64,000 nucleotides of DNA, taken from Candidatus Latescibacterota bacterium. GTDB lineage: Bacteria; Latescibacterota; UBA2968; UBA8231. The position numbers and the translations under genes were made by a program. The notes beneath the pieces are model-generated. The model was not told where the DNA came from, made no database searches, and saw nothing but the letters and a program-made list of their open reading frames with translations. The stretch lies in NCBI GenBank assembly GCA_965217585.1, contig OZ244561.1, positions 6,816,001 to 6,880,000 on the forward strand. Reading direction: 5' to 3'. This document shows, piece by piece, positions 1-10,459 of this stretch; the first letter of the stretch is position 1; every line of letters begins with the position of its first letter.

Positions 1-1332
1 GGCTTCAAAGAGGGGGTCGCCCTCCCCAGGCGCGGCTTCTAAGTCCGTCACTATCCACGTGTTGTCCTCGCCGGATAACGGCTCCCACAGTACCTCCAAC
101 CCCCCATCGCCGGTAAAGTCGCCTATCCGATAGGGCGCATGGTTTTCGGCCACCGCCAACCGGGTAGCCGTCCACTCCCCATGCTCGACCTCCCAGACCT
201 CTAACGCTCTTCCTCCGACCACTATATGGTCTGAAAATAACTCGACATCGCCGTCCCCATCCCAATCCATCAAGCCTACGGGTCGGCGGTCAAGTAGCTG
301 CGTGAGCACCTCAATCTGAAGATCCGGCTCGATGGACCAAACCGCTATGTCTGAGGTAGCGAACACGATCTCGTCGGTGCCATCGCCGGTCAGATCGCCA
401 CTCCGCACACTCAAGTAAGTCCCCGATCCGAGCGCCTCAGTGCGCACCGTTTCAAAGGTCCCTCGGCCGTCATTGAGCGCCATGACCCAGCCGCTTATGA
501 AAGGATTCGGGCCGGTTCCTATAACATCCCAAGTGGAGAACAGGTCGAGATCGCCGTCGCCATCCAAGTCCGTCAAGACACCAGAGCCCCCTAAACCCGG
601 CGCAATCGGAGAGAAGACCGGCGGGGCGAAAAGCCCGACCCCCTCAAAACGAAAATACGCTACCAACGGCGGGGCTAATTCCCCCAATAACAGCTCTTCC
701 ACGCCGGTCAACTCGATCCAGTCGATCTCCAACCAACCAACCACCTCCGCCGCTGACCGGGGCACATCTCGCTCACCCCAATCCAAGCTAAAACTCAGCC
801 GAATATCCCGTAAAAGACCCTCCCACACCTCCCGGTCGTCCGGGGCGACCTCCCCGTCCGATTCGGGCAGTGTTACCTCTACTTCCTGCCACTCGGTGGT
901 ATAGACAATGCCGGCTTGTCCGATCAGCGAAAACCGGTTGCTAAACAGACTAGCTGGATCTCGACCTGGAGCCGTGCGGTTGTGCTCATTGGTCCAAGAC
1001 AGCCGAAAGGCACCAACCGTAGGACGGTGATGGACCGTGCGAAGCCGAACCCGGACCCGGTCGAACAGACCCGAATCGTAGCCTATGGTCGAAGAAATCA
1101 CTTGGACAAGCGGATTGGGATACTTCTTGCCGGCCACTGACGGCGACACATCAATCGTCCACACGCCGTCTGTGACCTGCCCTGGAAACAGGTTAAACTC
1201 AGCCGGACCACCCGCTGCAGCACCTTGTTTGGCGGCCCATCCTTGGGTCGTCCCATCGTCGAAATCCCACGTGAGCGCCTCGGCGAGGCCGCTCCATGAC
1301 ACAACGAACACAACAACGGCGAGCTTCAACAT
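1..1332 (-). CDS. FG-GAP repeat secreted protein, paralog of the array family (3' end runs off the window)
   Basis: Absent from the ORF track because there is no stop in the window. ATG at 1332 follows GGAGG; it reads MLKLAVVVFVVSWSGLAEALTWDFDDGTTQGW, contains LTDLDGDGDLDLF, and is still in frame at base 1 (PLFEA). Confidence 0.85.
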   Translation of the reverse strand, partial: MLKLAVVVFVVSWSGLAEALTWDFDDGTTQGWAAKQGAAAGGPAEFNLFPGQVTDGVWTIDVSPSVAGKKYPNPLVQVISSTIGYDSGLFDRVRVRLRTVHHRPTVGAFRLSWTNEHNRTAPGRDPASLFSNRFSLIGQAGIVYTTEWQEVEVTLPESDGEVAPDDREVWEGLLRDIRLSFSLDWGERDVPRSAAEVVGWLEIDWIELTGVEELLLGELAPPLVAYFRFEGVGLFAPPVFSPIAPGLGGSGVLTDLDGDGDLDLFSTWDVIGTGPNPFISGWVMALNDGRGTFETVRTEALGSGTYLSVRSGDLTGDGTDEIVFATSDIAVWSIEPDLQIEVLTQLLDRRPVGLMDWDGDGDVELFSDHIVVGGRALEVWEVEHGEWTATRLAVAENHAPYRIGDFTGDGGLEVLWEPLSGEDNTWIVTDLEAAPGEGDPLFEA

Positions 1333-1387
1333 GATATCCCCTCCATAGAGAACGTCCCGGCAAGACCGCATACTTGGCTCCATCTCC

Positions 1388-3520
1388 TCACGGCAGCTTC
1401 GTCGTCTTCTTGGCCTCCGCCCGTCCGTCCACCTCGACTTGATAGATATACACCCCAGCGGCCACCGCTTTGCCCACCTCGTCGCGACCATCCCAAGTAA
1501 AACGATGCGTACCCGCTCCCAGCGGCCCTTGCCACACCTGCCGCACCCGACGACCCAACACATCGTACACCGTCAACGACACCCTCGCCGCGTCCGTCGC
1601 TAAATCAAGGGGAATCACTACAGCCGGATTGAACGGATTGGGATAACTGTCGCCCAGCCGATGCTGTGCCGGCCGCGCTACTGCTGGCGTCAGCACCGCC
1701 GTCATCTGCTCGCCCACCGAACTCTTCAACACCTGCACCCCGCCCAAGAGGTGATTTAACACCACCAAGTCCACATCGCCGTCGCCATCGACATCCCCCG
1801 GCAGCACCTGTACCCCATCGCCGGCCAAACGATGCCACTCCACCTCCTTGGCCGGATTCAAGCCCCCACCCCATTCGACAAACACCCCCAAACCCGAGGC
1901 GCGATCCCCGCCGAAAAACACCCAATCATCCACCCCGTCCCCGTTCAAATCGCGCATCACTACTGGCGAGCGCAGAAGCAGCCGATCATCATACAGCACC
2001 CTCTCCTCTACACCGCCCCCTAATCGGCTACTCCGGATGACAAGGCCCTTGCGAAGTTCCCACGTGTTGTGTTCGAGCGGCGTGAGCAAGTCCACCTGCC
2101 CATCGCCATCAAAATCACCCACTTGTAAGAGGTAAGAAAGAATACCCGCCGTATCGGCTGCGGCTTCAAAGACGGCTTCGCCCGCCTCCGGCGCGTCGCC
2201 CAAGCGCGAGACCATCCACCTGCCCACCCAGCTTCTCGGTGACCACAGCACATCCAACTGCCCATCGCCGGTAAAGTCGCCCAGCCGCAAGGGAAAATAG
2301 GTTTCGGCCACCGCCAACTGGGTAGTCGTCCACCCCCCCTGCTCAACCTCCCAGACCTCTAACGCTCTTGCTTCCTTCACCCTCAGGTCGGCTGTAAACA
2401 GTTCGACCCGACCGTCGCCATCCCCATCCACCAGATCTACCAGCCCGCGATCCTGGATCTGCGTGAGCACCTCCATTTGCAGATCCGGCTCAATAGACCA
2501 GACCGTTATTTCCCAATCTTCTCCTGTCACGATCTCGTCTTGGCCATCGCCGGTCAAATCGCCGACGTGCAGATAATCGAACCCCTCTCCGATTTCCTTT
2601 TCGGAGCGCGCCGTTTCAAAGGCCCCGCTCCCATCATTGAGGGCCATGACCCAGCCGTTTACGAAAGGATTCGGGCCGGTTCCTCTATCACGCCACGTGG
2701 AAAACAGGTCGAGATCGCCGTCTGCATCCAAGTCCGTCAAGACGCCAACCTTCCTTCCTCTAAAGACGAGGGAGCGCCCTAACCTCGGCCTAATGGGCGA
2801 GAAGACCGGCGGGGCGAAGAGCTTGGCCCCCTCAAAGCGGAAATACTCTACCGACGGCGGGGCTAATTCCCCCCCTAACAGCTCTTCCACGCCAGTCAAC
2901 TCGATCCAGTCAATCTCAAACCACCCGACTAGCCCGTCCGCCGACCGAGACACCCCTATCTCGCCCCAATCCAAGTGAAAACTCAGCCGAATATCCCGTA
3001 AAAGACCCTCCCACACCTTCGCGTCGTTCGGGGCGACCTCCCCGTCCGATTCGGGCAGGGCGAACGCCACTTCCTGCCATTCGGTGGTATAGGCGAAGCT
3101 GCCTTGTCCAAAAAGGAAAAACCGGCTGCTACTCCGCTTCTCTGGATCTCGACCTGGAGCCGTGCGGTTATGCTCATTGGTCCAAGTCAGCGAAAAGGAA
3201 CCGACCGTAGGACTATGATGGACAGTGCGGACCCGGGCCCGAACCCGGTCGAACAGGCCCGAATCATAGTCTATGGTCGGCGAAATCACTTGGACACTCG
3301 GACTAGGAGACTCATCTCTGGCCATCGAGGGCGACACATCTATCGTCCACACGCCGTCTGTGACGTGCCCTGGAAACAGGTTAACTTCAAACGTGCCGCC
3401 CCATCCATTGCCTGTTTTGGCGGCCCATCCTTGGGTCGTCCCATCGTCGAAATCCCACGTCATCGCCTCGGCGAAACTGCTCCATAGCACAACGCATACA
3501 ACAACGGCGAACTTCAACAT
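1388..3520 (-). CDS. Secreted FG-GAP/VCBS repeat protein with N-terminal jelly-roll-like domain and FlgD-Ig/T9SS type A-like C-terminal domain
   Basis: Signal peptide MLKFAVVV...AEA; repeated DxDGDGxxD motifs; YPNPFNP...WDGRD...GVYIY...KKTTKLP tail. Start moved from 3562 to the ATG after GGAGG. Confidence 0.88.
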   Translation of the reverse strand: MLKFAVVVCVVLWSSFAEAMTWDFDDGTTQGWAAKTGNGWGGTFEVNLFPGHVTDGVWTIDVSPSMARDESPSPSVQVISPTIDYDSGLFDRVRARVRTVHHSPTVGSFSLTWTNEHNRTAPGRDPEKRSSSRFFLFGQGSFAYTTEWQEVAFALPESDGEVAPNDAKVWEGLLRDIRLSFHLDWGEIGVSRSADGLVGWFEIDWIELTGVEELLGGELAPPSVEYFRFEGAKLFAPPVFSPIRPRLGRSLVFRGRKVGVLTDLDADGDLDLFSTWRDRGTGPNPFVNGWVMALNDGSGAFETARSEKEIGEGFDYLHVGDLTGDGQDEIVTGEDWEITVWSIEPDLQMEVLTQIQDRGLVDLVDGDGDGRVELFTADLRVKEARALEVWEVEQGGWTTTQLAVAETYFPLRLGDFTGDGQLDVLWSPRSWVGRWMVSRLGDAPEAGEAVFEAAADTAGILSYLLQVGDFDGDGQVDLLTPLEHNTWELRKGLVIRSSRLGGGVEERVLYDDRLLLRSPVVMRDLNGDGVDDWVFFGGDRASGLGVFVEWGGGLNPAKEVEWHRLAGDGVQVLPGDVDGDGDVDLVVLNHLLGGVQVLKSSVGEQMTAVLTPAVARPAQHRLGDSYPNPFNPAVVIPLDLATDAARVSLTVYDVLGRRVRQVWQGPLGAGTHRFTWDGRDEVGKAVAAGVYIYQVEVDGRAEAKKTTKLP

Positions 3521-3558
3521 GACAGCACCTCCATACCGAACTCCGCAGGACGGCTTCC

Positions 3559-4535
3559 TCACAGATTTTCCTCGATTTTCGCCACAACCTCATCAACGTT
3601 CCATACCCCCAAACGATCCTCCACAATCAGCCCTTGTGGATCCACCAGATAATACCGAGGAATGTCGAACACATTATAGGCTTGCGTTACCGCGCCGTCC
3701 GAGCGCACGTGGACGCCTTTGATTTGGTGTTTGGCAATGGCTTGCTTCCAAGCTCCTTCATTCGCGTCCAACGAGACGTTGAGGAAGACGACCGGCTGAG
3801 TGGCCTGCTATTGAAGGGTGTTTTTCTATTAAAGGGTTTGATGCTTAATATGCGCCCCAAGACGCCGTTTATAGACGAAAACCGCGTATAGGAAATCTTC
3901 TGATTGGCCCACTTGTAGTTGAAGAAGGCCGTCATATAGTCGATGAATCCCGGAGAAAGCGCGTATTGCTCGCGTCCATCGGCTAGCAGCGCAAATTCAT
4001 CCCGACGCCGCTGTTCTGCTTGGCGTGCAAACTCTTCGGACTCCAGCGCATAGTCGGGTTCGAAGGCACTATGTTGAGGCCAGAACTCCGCTAAGAAGCG
4101 ATTGTTGTCCGCACCCCGGCCGTTAAAAGTCAGGGAGTAGGAGGGAGGCGCTTCATCGGCGGCACTGTGCAAACTGTCGGGTTCCACCGCCGCGGAAGAG
4201 TCGGTCTCCGTCACCTCGGCGAAGGTTACGACCGCGTACAGGCTGTCACCGGGTTCGACAAAGAAAGGGAAGTGGATGTGTTGCTCGCCTTTGTAAGACC
4301 CAGTGACGAAAATTCCTCTGGGAATGTTCAAGAGCAGGGCAAAGCGGTTTTGCTCGTCCAAGACGATGGGGTGTTGGGACGGCCCGGGAGCGAGTAGCGG
4401 TTCGTGGCCGAACTCGACTTCCCGCGACGGAGCGTTGTGTACCTCACCGGTGACAATCGCGGCGTGGGGGGCTTGGGCTAGCCCCACACTCGCTGTACTG
4501 AACAGGGCGACGAGGATGTAAAGGCATAGATGCAT
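3559..4535 (-). pseudogene. TlpA-like redoxin paralog with internal deletion and frameshift
   Basis: The N-terminal ~240 aa match 10460 and 12501. Near 3808 the sequence jumps out of frame to QPVVFLNVSLDANEGAWKQ...KIEENL. The helical repeats and the WCGPC motif are absent. Confidence 0.8.
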
Positions 4536-4572
4536 GGTCTTTCCCTTCTTAATGGTCTGTAAAAGCTCCCCC

Positions 4573-4614
4573 TTATGGGAGCTTAGTCGTCTTCTTGGCT
4601 TCTATCTGTCCATC
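4573..4614 (-). repeat. Orphan 3' stub of the C-terminal domain (DGQIEAKKTTKLP-stop)
   Basis: Intergenic 42 bp that translate to the conserved tail of the FG-GAP genes. Confidence 0.85.
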
Positions 4615-4644
4615 GCTGCCAAGCCGAGCAAATGACACATCGCA

Positions 4645-4938
4645 CTAATCATCTACCCACGCCTCCAAGCCCCAACACTCCAGCGACCTCTGGATGGAGG
4701 GAGGGAGTTGCTGAAAACGCAACGTCAGACCCAATTGCCCCAAACGGATCGCGTCTCGCTCAAGCAATGGACTAATGCTCCGCACTTCGTTAGCCACGAT
4801 GCAGACCTCCCTTACCCCCTCCTCGACATGCGATTTTAGGCAATCATACAGGATGTCGAACTCCGTCTTATTGATATACCCCATGAGTTCGATGGTTAAG
4901 GTCCGGCCGCAGCGATTTAATGTGTTAATGCGCACCAT
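4645..4938 (-). CDS. Small STAS-like domain protein
   Basis: 97 aa with a beta-alpha STAS-like pattern (LTIELMGYI...VRSIS...IQRSLECWGL) and an RBS GGAGG upstream. Confidence 0.55.
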   Translation of the reverse strand: MVRINTLNRCGRTLTIELMGYINKTEFDILYDCLKSHVEEGVREVCIVANEVRSISPLLERDAIRLGQLGLTLRFQQLPPSIQRSLECWGLEAWVDD

Positions 4939-4981
4939 GCTGATGTCCTCCGTGACCGTCTCATCTGCCCATGTCCCTCCC

Positions 4982-7102
4982 TCAAGGTAGCTTGGTCATC
5001 TTCTTAGCTTCTACCTGTCCATCCACCTCGACCCGATAGAGATACACCCCAGCGGCCACCCCCTTCCCCGCCTCGTCGCGGCCATCCCAAGAAAAACGAT
5101 GGCTGCCCGCCCCCAGCGGCCCTTGCCACACCCGCTGCACCCGCCGCCCCAACACGTCGTACACCGTCAGCGACATCTGCGCCGCGTCTGTCGCCAAATC
5201 AAGGGGGATCACTACAGCCGGATTGAACGGATTGGGATAGCTGTCGCCCAGCCGATACTGCGCCGGCCGCGCTACTGCTGGCGTCATCACCGCGGTCGCT
5301 GACGCTCCCACCGAACTCTTCAACACTTGCACGCCACCCAAGACGCTATTTAACACCACCAAATCCACATCGCCGTCCCCATCCACATCCCCCGGCAGCA
5401 CCTGTACCCCTTCGCCGACCAAACGATGCCGCTCCACCTCCTTAGTCGGATTCGCGCCCCCACCCCATTCGATGAACACGCCAAAGCCCGATCCGCGGTC
5501 CCCGCCGACAAATGCCCAATCCTCTACGCCGTCGGCGTTCAGGTCGCGCGCTACCACCGGTGAGCGCATAAACAGCCCATCATACAGCACCCTCTCCTCT
5601 ACACCGCCCCCTAATCGGCTGCTCCGCACGACAAGGCCCTTGGGCCCTTCCCACCTGTTGCGTTCGAGCGGCGTGAGCAGGTCCACCTGCCCATCGCCAT
5701 CAAAATCACCCACTTGTAGAAGGGAAGAAAGAATACCCGCCATATCGGCTGCGGCTTCAAAGACGACCTCGCCCGCCTCCGGCGCGTCGCCCAAGCCCGC
5801 TACTACCCACCTGCCCACCCGGCCTCTCGGCGACCACAGCATGTCCACCTGCCCATCGCCGGTAAAGTCGCCCATCCGCGAGGGAAAATAGTTTTCGGTG
5901 ACCGCCAACTGGGCGGTCGTCCACACCCCCTGCTCGACCTCCCAGACCTCTAACGCTCTTGTTTCCTCCACCGTAAAGTCGGTTGTAAATAGTTCGACCC
6001 GGCCGTCGCCATCCCAATCCACCATATCCACCAGCCCACGACCCTCGATCTGCGTGAGCACCTCCATTTGCAGATCTGGCCCAATAGACCAGACCGTTAT
6101 TTCCCAATCTTTTCTCGTCGCGATCTCGTCTTGGCCATCGCCGGTCAAATCGCCGACGTGCAGATAATCGATCCCTTCTCCGATCCTCTTTTCAATGTGC
6201 ACCGTTTCAAAGGTCCCCCTCCCATCATTGAGGGCCATGATCCAGACGTTTACGAAAGGAGGCGAGTGGAAATTCTCCCAAGTAGAGAACAAGTCGAGAT
6301 CGCCGTCCCCATCTAAGTCCGTCAAGGCGGCAGCGCTCCATCCTTTTAAGAAGGAGCGCTCTGACTCCGATATAATGGGAGAGAAGACCGGCGGGGCAAA
6401 AAGTCCGGCCTCCTCAAAGCGGAAATACTCTACCGACGGCGGGGCTAATTCCCCTGCTAACAGCTCTTCCTCGCCGGTCAACTCGATCCAGTCGATCTCC
6501 AACCACCCGACTAGCTCGTCCACCGGCCGGGACACCCCCATCTCGCCCCAATCCAAGTGAAAACTCAGCCGAATATCTTGTAAAAGCCCCTCCCAGACCT
6601 CCCGGTCGTCCGGTGCGATCTCCCCGTCCGCTTCGGGCAATGTGAACTCCACTTCCTGCCATTCGGTCGTATAGGCGAAGCCGCTTTGTCCAATAAGAAA
6701 AAACCGGCTTCTACCTCGTCTATCTGGATCGAGACCTGGATCTGTGCGATTGTGCTCATTGGTCCAAGTCAGCGAAAAAGAACCGACCGTAGGACCGTGA
6801 TGGATAGTGCGGACCCGAGCCCGGACCCGGTCGAACAGGCCCGAATCATGTCCTATGATAGGCGAAATTACTTGGACACTCGGGCTAGGAAGCGGATCTC
6901 CGGCCATCGAGGGCGACACATCAATCGTCCACACGCCGTCTTCTACTACCCCCGGAAACAGGTTAAATTCAAACGTGCCACCCCATCCATTGCCTGTTTT
7001 GGCAGCCCATCCTTGGGTCGTCCCATCGTCGAAATCCCACGTCATCGCCTCGGCGAAACTGCTCCACAGCACAGCGCATGCAATGATAGCGAACCTCAAC
7101 AT
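4982..7102 (-). CDS. Secreted FG-GAP repeat protein with FlgD/T9SS-like CTD
   Basis: Close paralog of 1388..3520; ends KKMTKLP; start at MLRFAII after GGAGG. Confidence 0.88.
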   Translation of the reverse strand: MLRFAIIACAVLWSSFAEAMTWDFDDGTTQGWAAKTGNGWGGTFEFNLFPGVVEDGVWTIDVSPSMAGDPLPSPSVQVISPIIGHDSGLFDRVRARVRTIHHGPTVGSFSLTWTNEHNRTDPGLDPDRRGRSRFFLIGQSGFAYTTEWQEVEFTLPEADGEIAPDDREVWEGLLQDIRLSFHLDWGEMGVSRPVDELVGWLEIDWIELTGEEELLAGELAPPSVEYFRFEEAGLFAPPVFSPIISESERSFLKGWSAAALTDLDGDGDLDLFSTWENFHSPPFVNVWIMALNDGRGTFETVHIEKRIGEGIDYLHVGDLTGDGQDEIATRKDWEITVWSIGPDLQMEVLTQIEGRGLVDMVDWDGDGRVELFTTDFTVEETRALEVWEVEQGVWTTAQLAVTENYFPSRMGDFTGDGQVDMLWSPRGRVGRWVVAGLGDAPEAGEVVFEAAADMAGILSSLLQVGDFDGDGQVDLLTPLERNRWEGPKGLVVRSSRLGGGVEERVLYDGLFMRSPVVARDLNADGVEDWAFVGGDRGSGFGVFIEWGGGANPTKEVERHRLVGEGVQVLPGDVDGDGDVDLVVLNSVLGGVQVLKSSVGASATAVMTPAVARPAQYRLGDSYPNPFNPAVVIPLDLATDAAQMSLTVYDVLGRRVQRVWQGPLGAGSHRFSWDGRDEAGKGVAAGVYLYRVEVDGQVEAKKMTKLP

Positions 7103-7125
7103 GATATTACCTCCATATTCTCCGC

Positions 7126-7209
7126 GATGGTCGCGGCGTGTGGTGATTGGGTCAGCCCTATACTCGCGGTACTGAGCAGGGCGACGAGGATGCAAAGGTA
7201 TGAATTCAT
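7126..7209 (-). pseudogene. Orphan 5' stub (signal peptide) of a TlpA-like paralog
   Basis: MNSYLCILVALLSTASIGLTQSPHAATI matches the TlpA leaders, carries the same AAAGGAAAAG upstream sequence, and joins directly to the RBS of the next FG-GAP gene. Confidence 0.8.
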
Positions 7210-7231
7210 CGTCTTTTCCTTTCTAATTGCG

Positions 7232-8218
7232 CTATGGACAATCCGCGCCTCGCGCGCTATCAATGCCGTCAAGCCAGCTTTGAAAGTCCGCGTCCACCGG
7301 CGCACAAAGCCCTGGGTCGTCGAACCAAAAAGTCTCCAGCCGCAACAGCTTCGTCAGGCTCTGCGGAAGCGGGCCAGTCAATGAGCGATTAGAGGTAAAC
7401 CTCAGGTTTGTAAGGTTGGACAAATTGCCCAACGACGACGGAATCCCGCCCGACAAAGCATTGAAAAAAAGACCCAGTGTCTCAAGGTTGGACAGATTGC
7501 CCAAGGACGACGGAATCTCACCCGACAGAGCATTGAAAAAAAGACCTAGATACTCAAGGTTAGATAAATTGCCCAAAGCGTCTGGAATCCCACCCGATAG
7601 ATTATTTGTCCCAAGATGCAGGTACTCGAGGTTGGACAAATTGCCCAAGGCGTCTGGTAGCTCACCCGACAGACCGTTTGAACGAAGATCTAATTCCGTG
7701 ACATGACCGTCGATAACCCTGACGCCGTGCCAAGCAAGACCATGGTCGGTCAACCAATTTGTATTCATCGTCCAGTTGGGACCATCGGTCGCCTCGTAGA
7801 GCGCGACTAAAGCCTCGCGTTCGTGCGCGACTGTCGGTGCCACCGGCTTGACGACGGTGACCTCAAAGGTCACTTCGTTGCTCTGCTGACCGCTGGCATC
7901 CGTGGCGGAGACCGTGATCGTCGTAGTACCCACCGCAACCCCTGTGAGAGTAAGGATGGCTCCGTTCAGGGAGGCGAGGGCGACCCCGGTATGGTCAGAC
8001 GAGACCCGTAGCGCATAAATGTCCTCGGAATCGGCATCGATAAGAATGACCTCTACCTTCACTTGGCCACCTACATCGACGATCTGATCGGCGATAGCCT
8101 CAATAGAGGGCGCGTTCACGGGATTGTCACCGCCACAGCCGACGAGGCAAAGCGCAAGGCCCAAAAGGGAGAGTACGGTAACACAGAAAAATCGCGTAGC
8201 GCGCTCCTGGAGTCGCAT
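7232..8218 (-). CDS. Lipoprotein with Ig/cadherin-like domain and plant-type leucine-rich repeats
   Basis: Lipobox LVGC; NAPSIEAIADQ...ITVSATD Ig-like domain; ALVALYEATDGPNW cap; 24-aa repeats LSGxIPxxLGNLSNLxxLxL. Confidence 0.85.
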   Translation of the reverse strand: MRLQERATRFFCVTVLSLLGLALCLVGCGGDNPVNAPSIEAIADQIVDVGGQVKVEVILIDADSEDIYALRVSSDHTGVALASLNGAILTLTGVAVGTTTITVSATDASGQQSNEVTFEVTVVKPVAPTVAHEREALVALYEATDGPNWTMNTNWLTDHGLAWHGVRVIDGHVTELDLRSNGLSGELPDALGNLSNLEYLHLGTNNLSGGIPDALGNLSNLEYLGLFFNALSGEIPSSLGNLSNLETLGLFFNALSGGIPSSLGNLSNLTNLRFTSNRSLTGPLPQSLTKLLRLETFWFDDPGLCAPVDADFQSWLDGIDSARGADCP

Positions 8219-8324
8219 GGGATTTCTCCTTTTGCTGGCTGCACAACGCCGCCTACTCGTCCTCGTTCGGCTCGTGCATGTTCCCTAGTGGGGGGTGTCC
8301 AGATGAACGGCTAGCCCCATCCCC

Positions 8325-10421
8325 TCATGGGAGCTTGGTCGTCTTCTTAGCTTCTATCTGTCCATCCACCTCGACCTTATAGATATACATCCCGGCGGCT
8401 ACCCCCTTGCCCGCCTCGTCGCGGCCATCCCAAGTAAAACGATGCGTACCCGCGCCGAGCGGCCCGTCCCACAACTGCCGCACCCGACGACCCAACACAT
8501 CGTACAGGATCAGCGACACCTGCGCCGCGTCCGTCGCCAAATCAAGGGGGATCACTACAGCGGGATTGAATGGATTGGGATAGCTGTCGCCGAGCCGATA
8601 CTGTGCCGGTCGAATTATCGTCGGCGTCTGTACTGCCGTCGGTTGCTCGCCCAGCGAACTTTTGAGCACATGTACCCCACCCAACAGCGGATCTAACACA
8701 ACCAAGTCGAGAGCGCCGTCGCTATCGACATCTCCAGAGAGTACTTCTACCCCATGCCCCTGCAGGCGATGCCTTTCCACTGCTCGGGTTGGATTTACGC
8801 CTCCGCCCCATTCGACAAACACCCCAAGGCCCGAGGCGCGATTCCCGCCGATAAATACCCAATCCTCGACCCCGTCGGCGTCCAAGTCGCGCACCATCAC
8901 CGGCGAGCGCAGAAACAGCCGATCGTCGTATAGTACCTCCTCTTCTACTACGCCCCCGGCTCCCCCTCTCTGTACGACCAAGCCCTTGAGACCTTCGTAT
9001 CGGACGCGGACGAGCGACGTCAGCAGATCTACTTGCCCATCGCCATCAAAATCGCCCACTCCTAACGTCCTCGCCTCGGCATCGAATTCAAACATCTCGC
9101 CGCTCTGAAGCTCATCGCCCAAGGCCCCCACGATCCGCGTGTTCGCCTGCCCGTGGATCGGTTGCCACAGCACCTCCAGCATTCCATCGCCCGTAAAGTT
9201 GCCGATCTGAGCGGCCACATGGTTTTCAGCGGCAGCCACCTCGGAAGAGATCCACATCCCATTCTCTATATCCCAGACATCTAACGTGCTTCCTTCTAAC
9301 GTAGCATGCCCTACAAACAACTCGACATCGCCGTCGCCATCCCAATCCGCCATATCCCTCAACCAACGATCATCTATCTCGATAAGCATCTCCAGTTGGA
9401 GGTCCGACTCGATGGACCAAACTTCGGTCACGGCACTGATACGCCTATTCCCGCGTTCATCCTGCGTCACCTTGGCGAGTCGATACGTCACTATTTCGTC
9501 CTTGCCATCACCGGTCAAATCGCCGGCAAGCATCTCTATCGTCCCAAGAGAGACGACCTCCTCTGTGAGCACGGCCTCAAAGGTACCCTCGCCGTCATTG
9601 AGGGCCATGGTCCAGCCACTTTCTTCTATGACCCTATCCCAAACACTATCCCAAGAGGCAAAAAGGTCTGCGTCGCCATCGCCATCCAAGTCCGTCAAGA
9701 TGCCGGCCCTCTCTCCATAAGCTCCTACTCCCGGCGTAATCGGATAGAAAACCGGCGGCGCAAAAAATCCATCCCCATCAAAACGAAAGTACTCTACGTG
9801 CGGCGGCGGGAGTTCACCCTGTAGGGATTCTTCAAAGCCGCTCAACTCGATCCAGTCAATCTCAATCTCCCCAACCACATCGTCCTCGTTCCGATCTAGG
9901 ATAAAATTCAGCCGAATATCCCTTAATAAATCCTCCCACATGACCTCGTCTTGGCCGACAAAGGAAAACTCTACTTCCTGCCACTCGGTGGTGTAAACGA
10001 AGTCTGTTTGTCCTAAAAGCTCAAATCGACTTTTGGACCGATTATCTGGGTCCTCACCCGGAGATATAAAGTTGTGCTCATTGGTCCAGGTGAGCCAAAA
10101 GGAACCGACCGTAGGGCTGTGATGTACGGTGCGGAATCGGACCCAGATCTGGTCGAACAGATGCGAATCGTGCCCTATGGTGGGGGAAATCAATTCGGCA
10201 CTCGGCCTAGACCAATCCCCAGTAATAGAGGGTGAGACATCGATCTTCCACACGCCGTCTTCGACTATACCGGGAAAAACGTCAAATTCACGCGGCCCAC
10301 CCAATGTAAGAGGATCTTTAGCGACCCATCCTTGCGTCGTCCCATCGTCGAACTCCCAAATGATCGCCTCGGCGAGGCCAGGCCACAGCGCAATCCACAC
10401 AACAACGGCGAGCTTCAACAT
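8325..10421 (-). CDS. Secreted FG-GAP repeat protein with FlgD/T9SS-like CTD (second subfamily)
   Basis: Same architecture; ends KKTTKLP; close paralog of 14609. Confidence 0.88.
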   Translation of the reverse strand: MLKLAVVVWIALWPGLAEAIIWEFDDGTTQGWVAKDPLTLGGPREFDVFPGIVEDGVWKIDVSPSITGDWSRPSAELISPTIGHDSHLFDQIWVRFRTVHHSPTVGSFWLTWTNEHNFISPGEDPDNRSKSRFELLGQTDFVYTTEWQEVEFSFVGQDEVMWEDLLRDIRLNFILDRNEDDVVGEIEIDWIELSGFEESLQGELPPPHVEYFRFDGDGFFAPPVFYPITPGVGAYGERAGILTDLDGDGDADLFASWDSVWDRVIEESGWTMALNDGEGTFEAVLTEEVVSLGTIEMLAGDLTGDGKDEIVTYRLAKVTQDERGNRRISAVTEVWSIESDLQLEMLIEIDDRWLRDMADWDGDGDVELFVGHATLEGSTLDVWDIENGMWISSEVAAAENHVAAQIGNFTGDGMLEVLWQPIHGQANTRIVGALGDELQSGEMFEFDAEARTLGVGDFDGDGQVDLLTSLVRVRYEGLKGLVVQRGGAGGVVEEEVLYDDRLFLRSPVMVRDLDADGVEDWVFIGGNRASGLGVFVEWGGGVNPTRAVERHRLQGHGVEVLSGDVDSDGALDLVVLDPLLGGVHVLKSSLGEQPTAVQTPTIIRPAQYRLGDSYPNPFNPAVVIPLDLATDAAQVSLILYDVLGRRVRQLWDGPLGAGTHRFTWDGRDEAGKGVAAGMYIYKVEVDGQIEAKKTTKLP

Positions 10422-10459
10422 GACGGAACCTCCATACCGAACTCCGCAGGACGGGTTCA

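Noticed and set aside
1388-1420. Sortase LPxTG signal in KKTTKLP
   Set aside because: The protein ends at LP with no TG, hydrophobic helix or basic tail.
3521-3562. Longer ORF-track starts of FG-GAP genes (3562, 7195, 10463, 16747, 25468)
   Set aside because: The conserved GGAGG RBS and signal peptide point to the downstream ATG.
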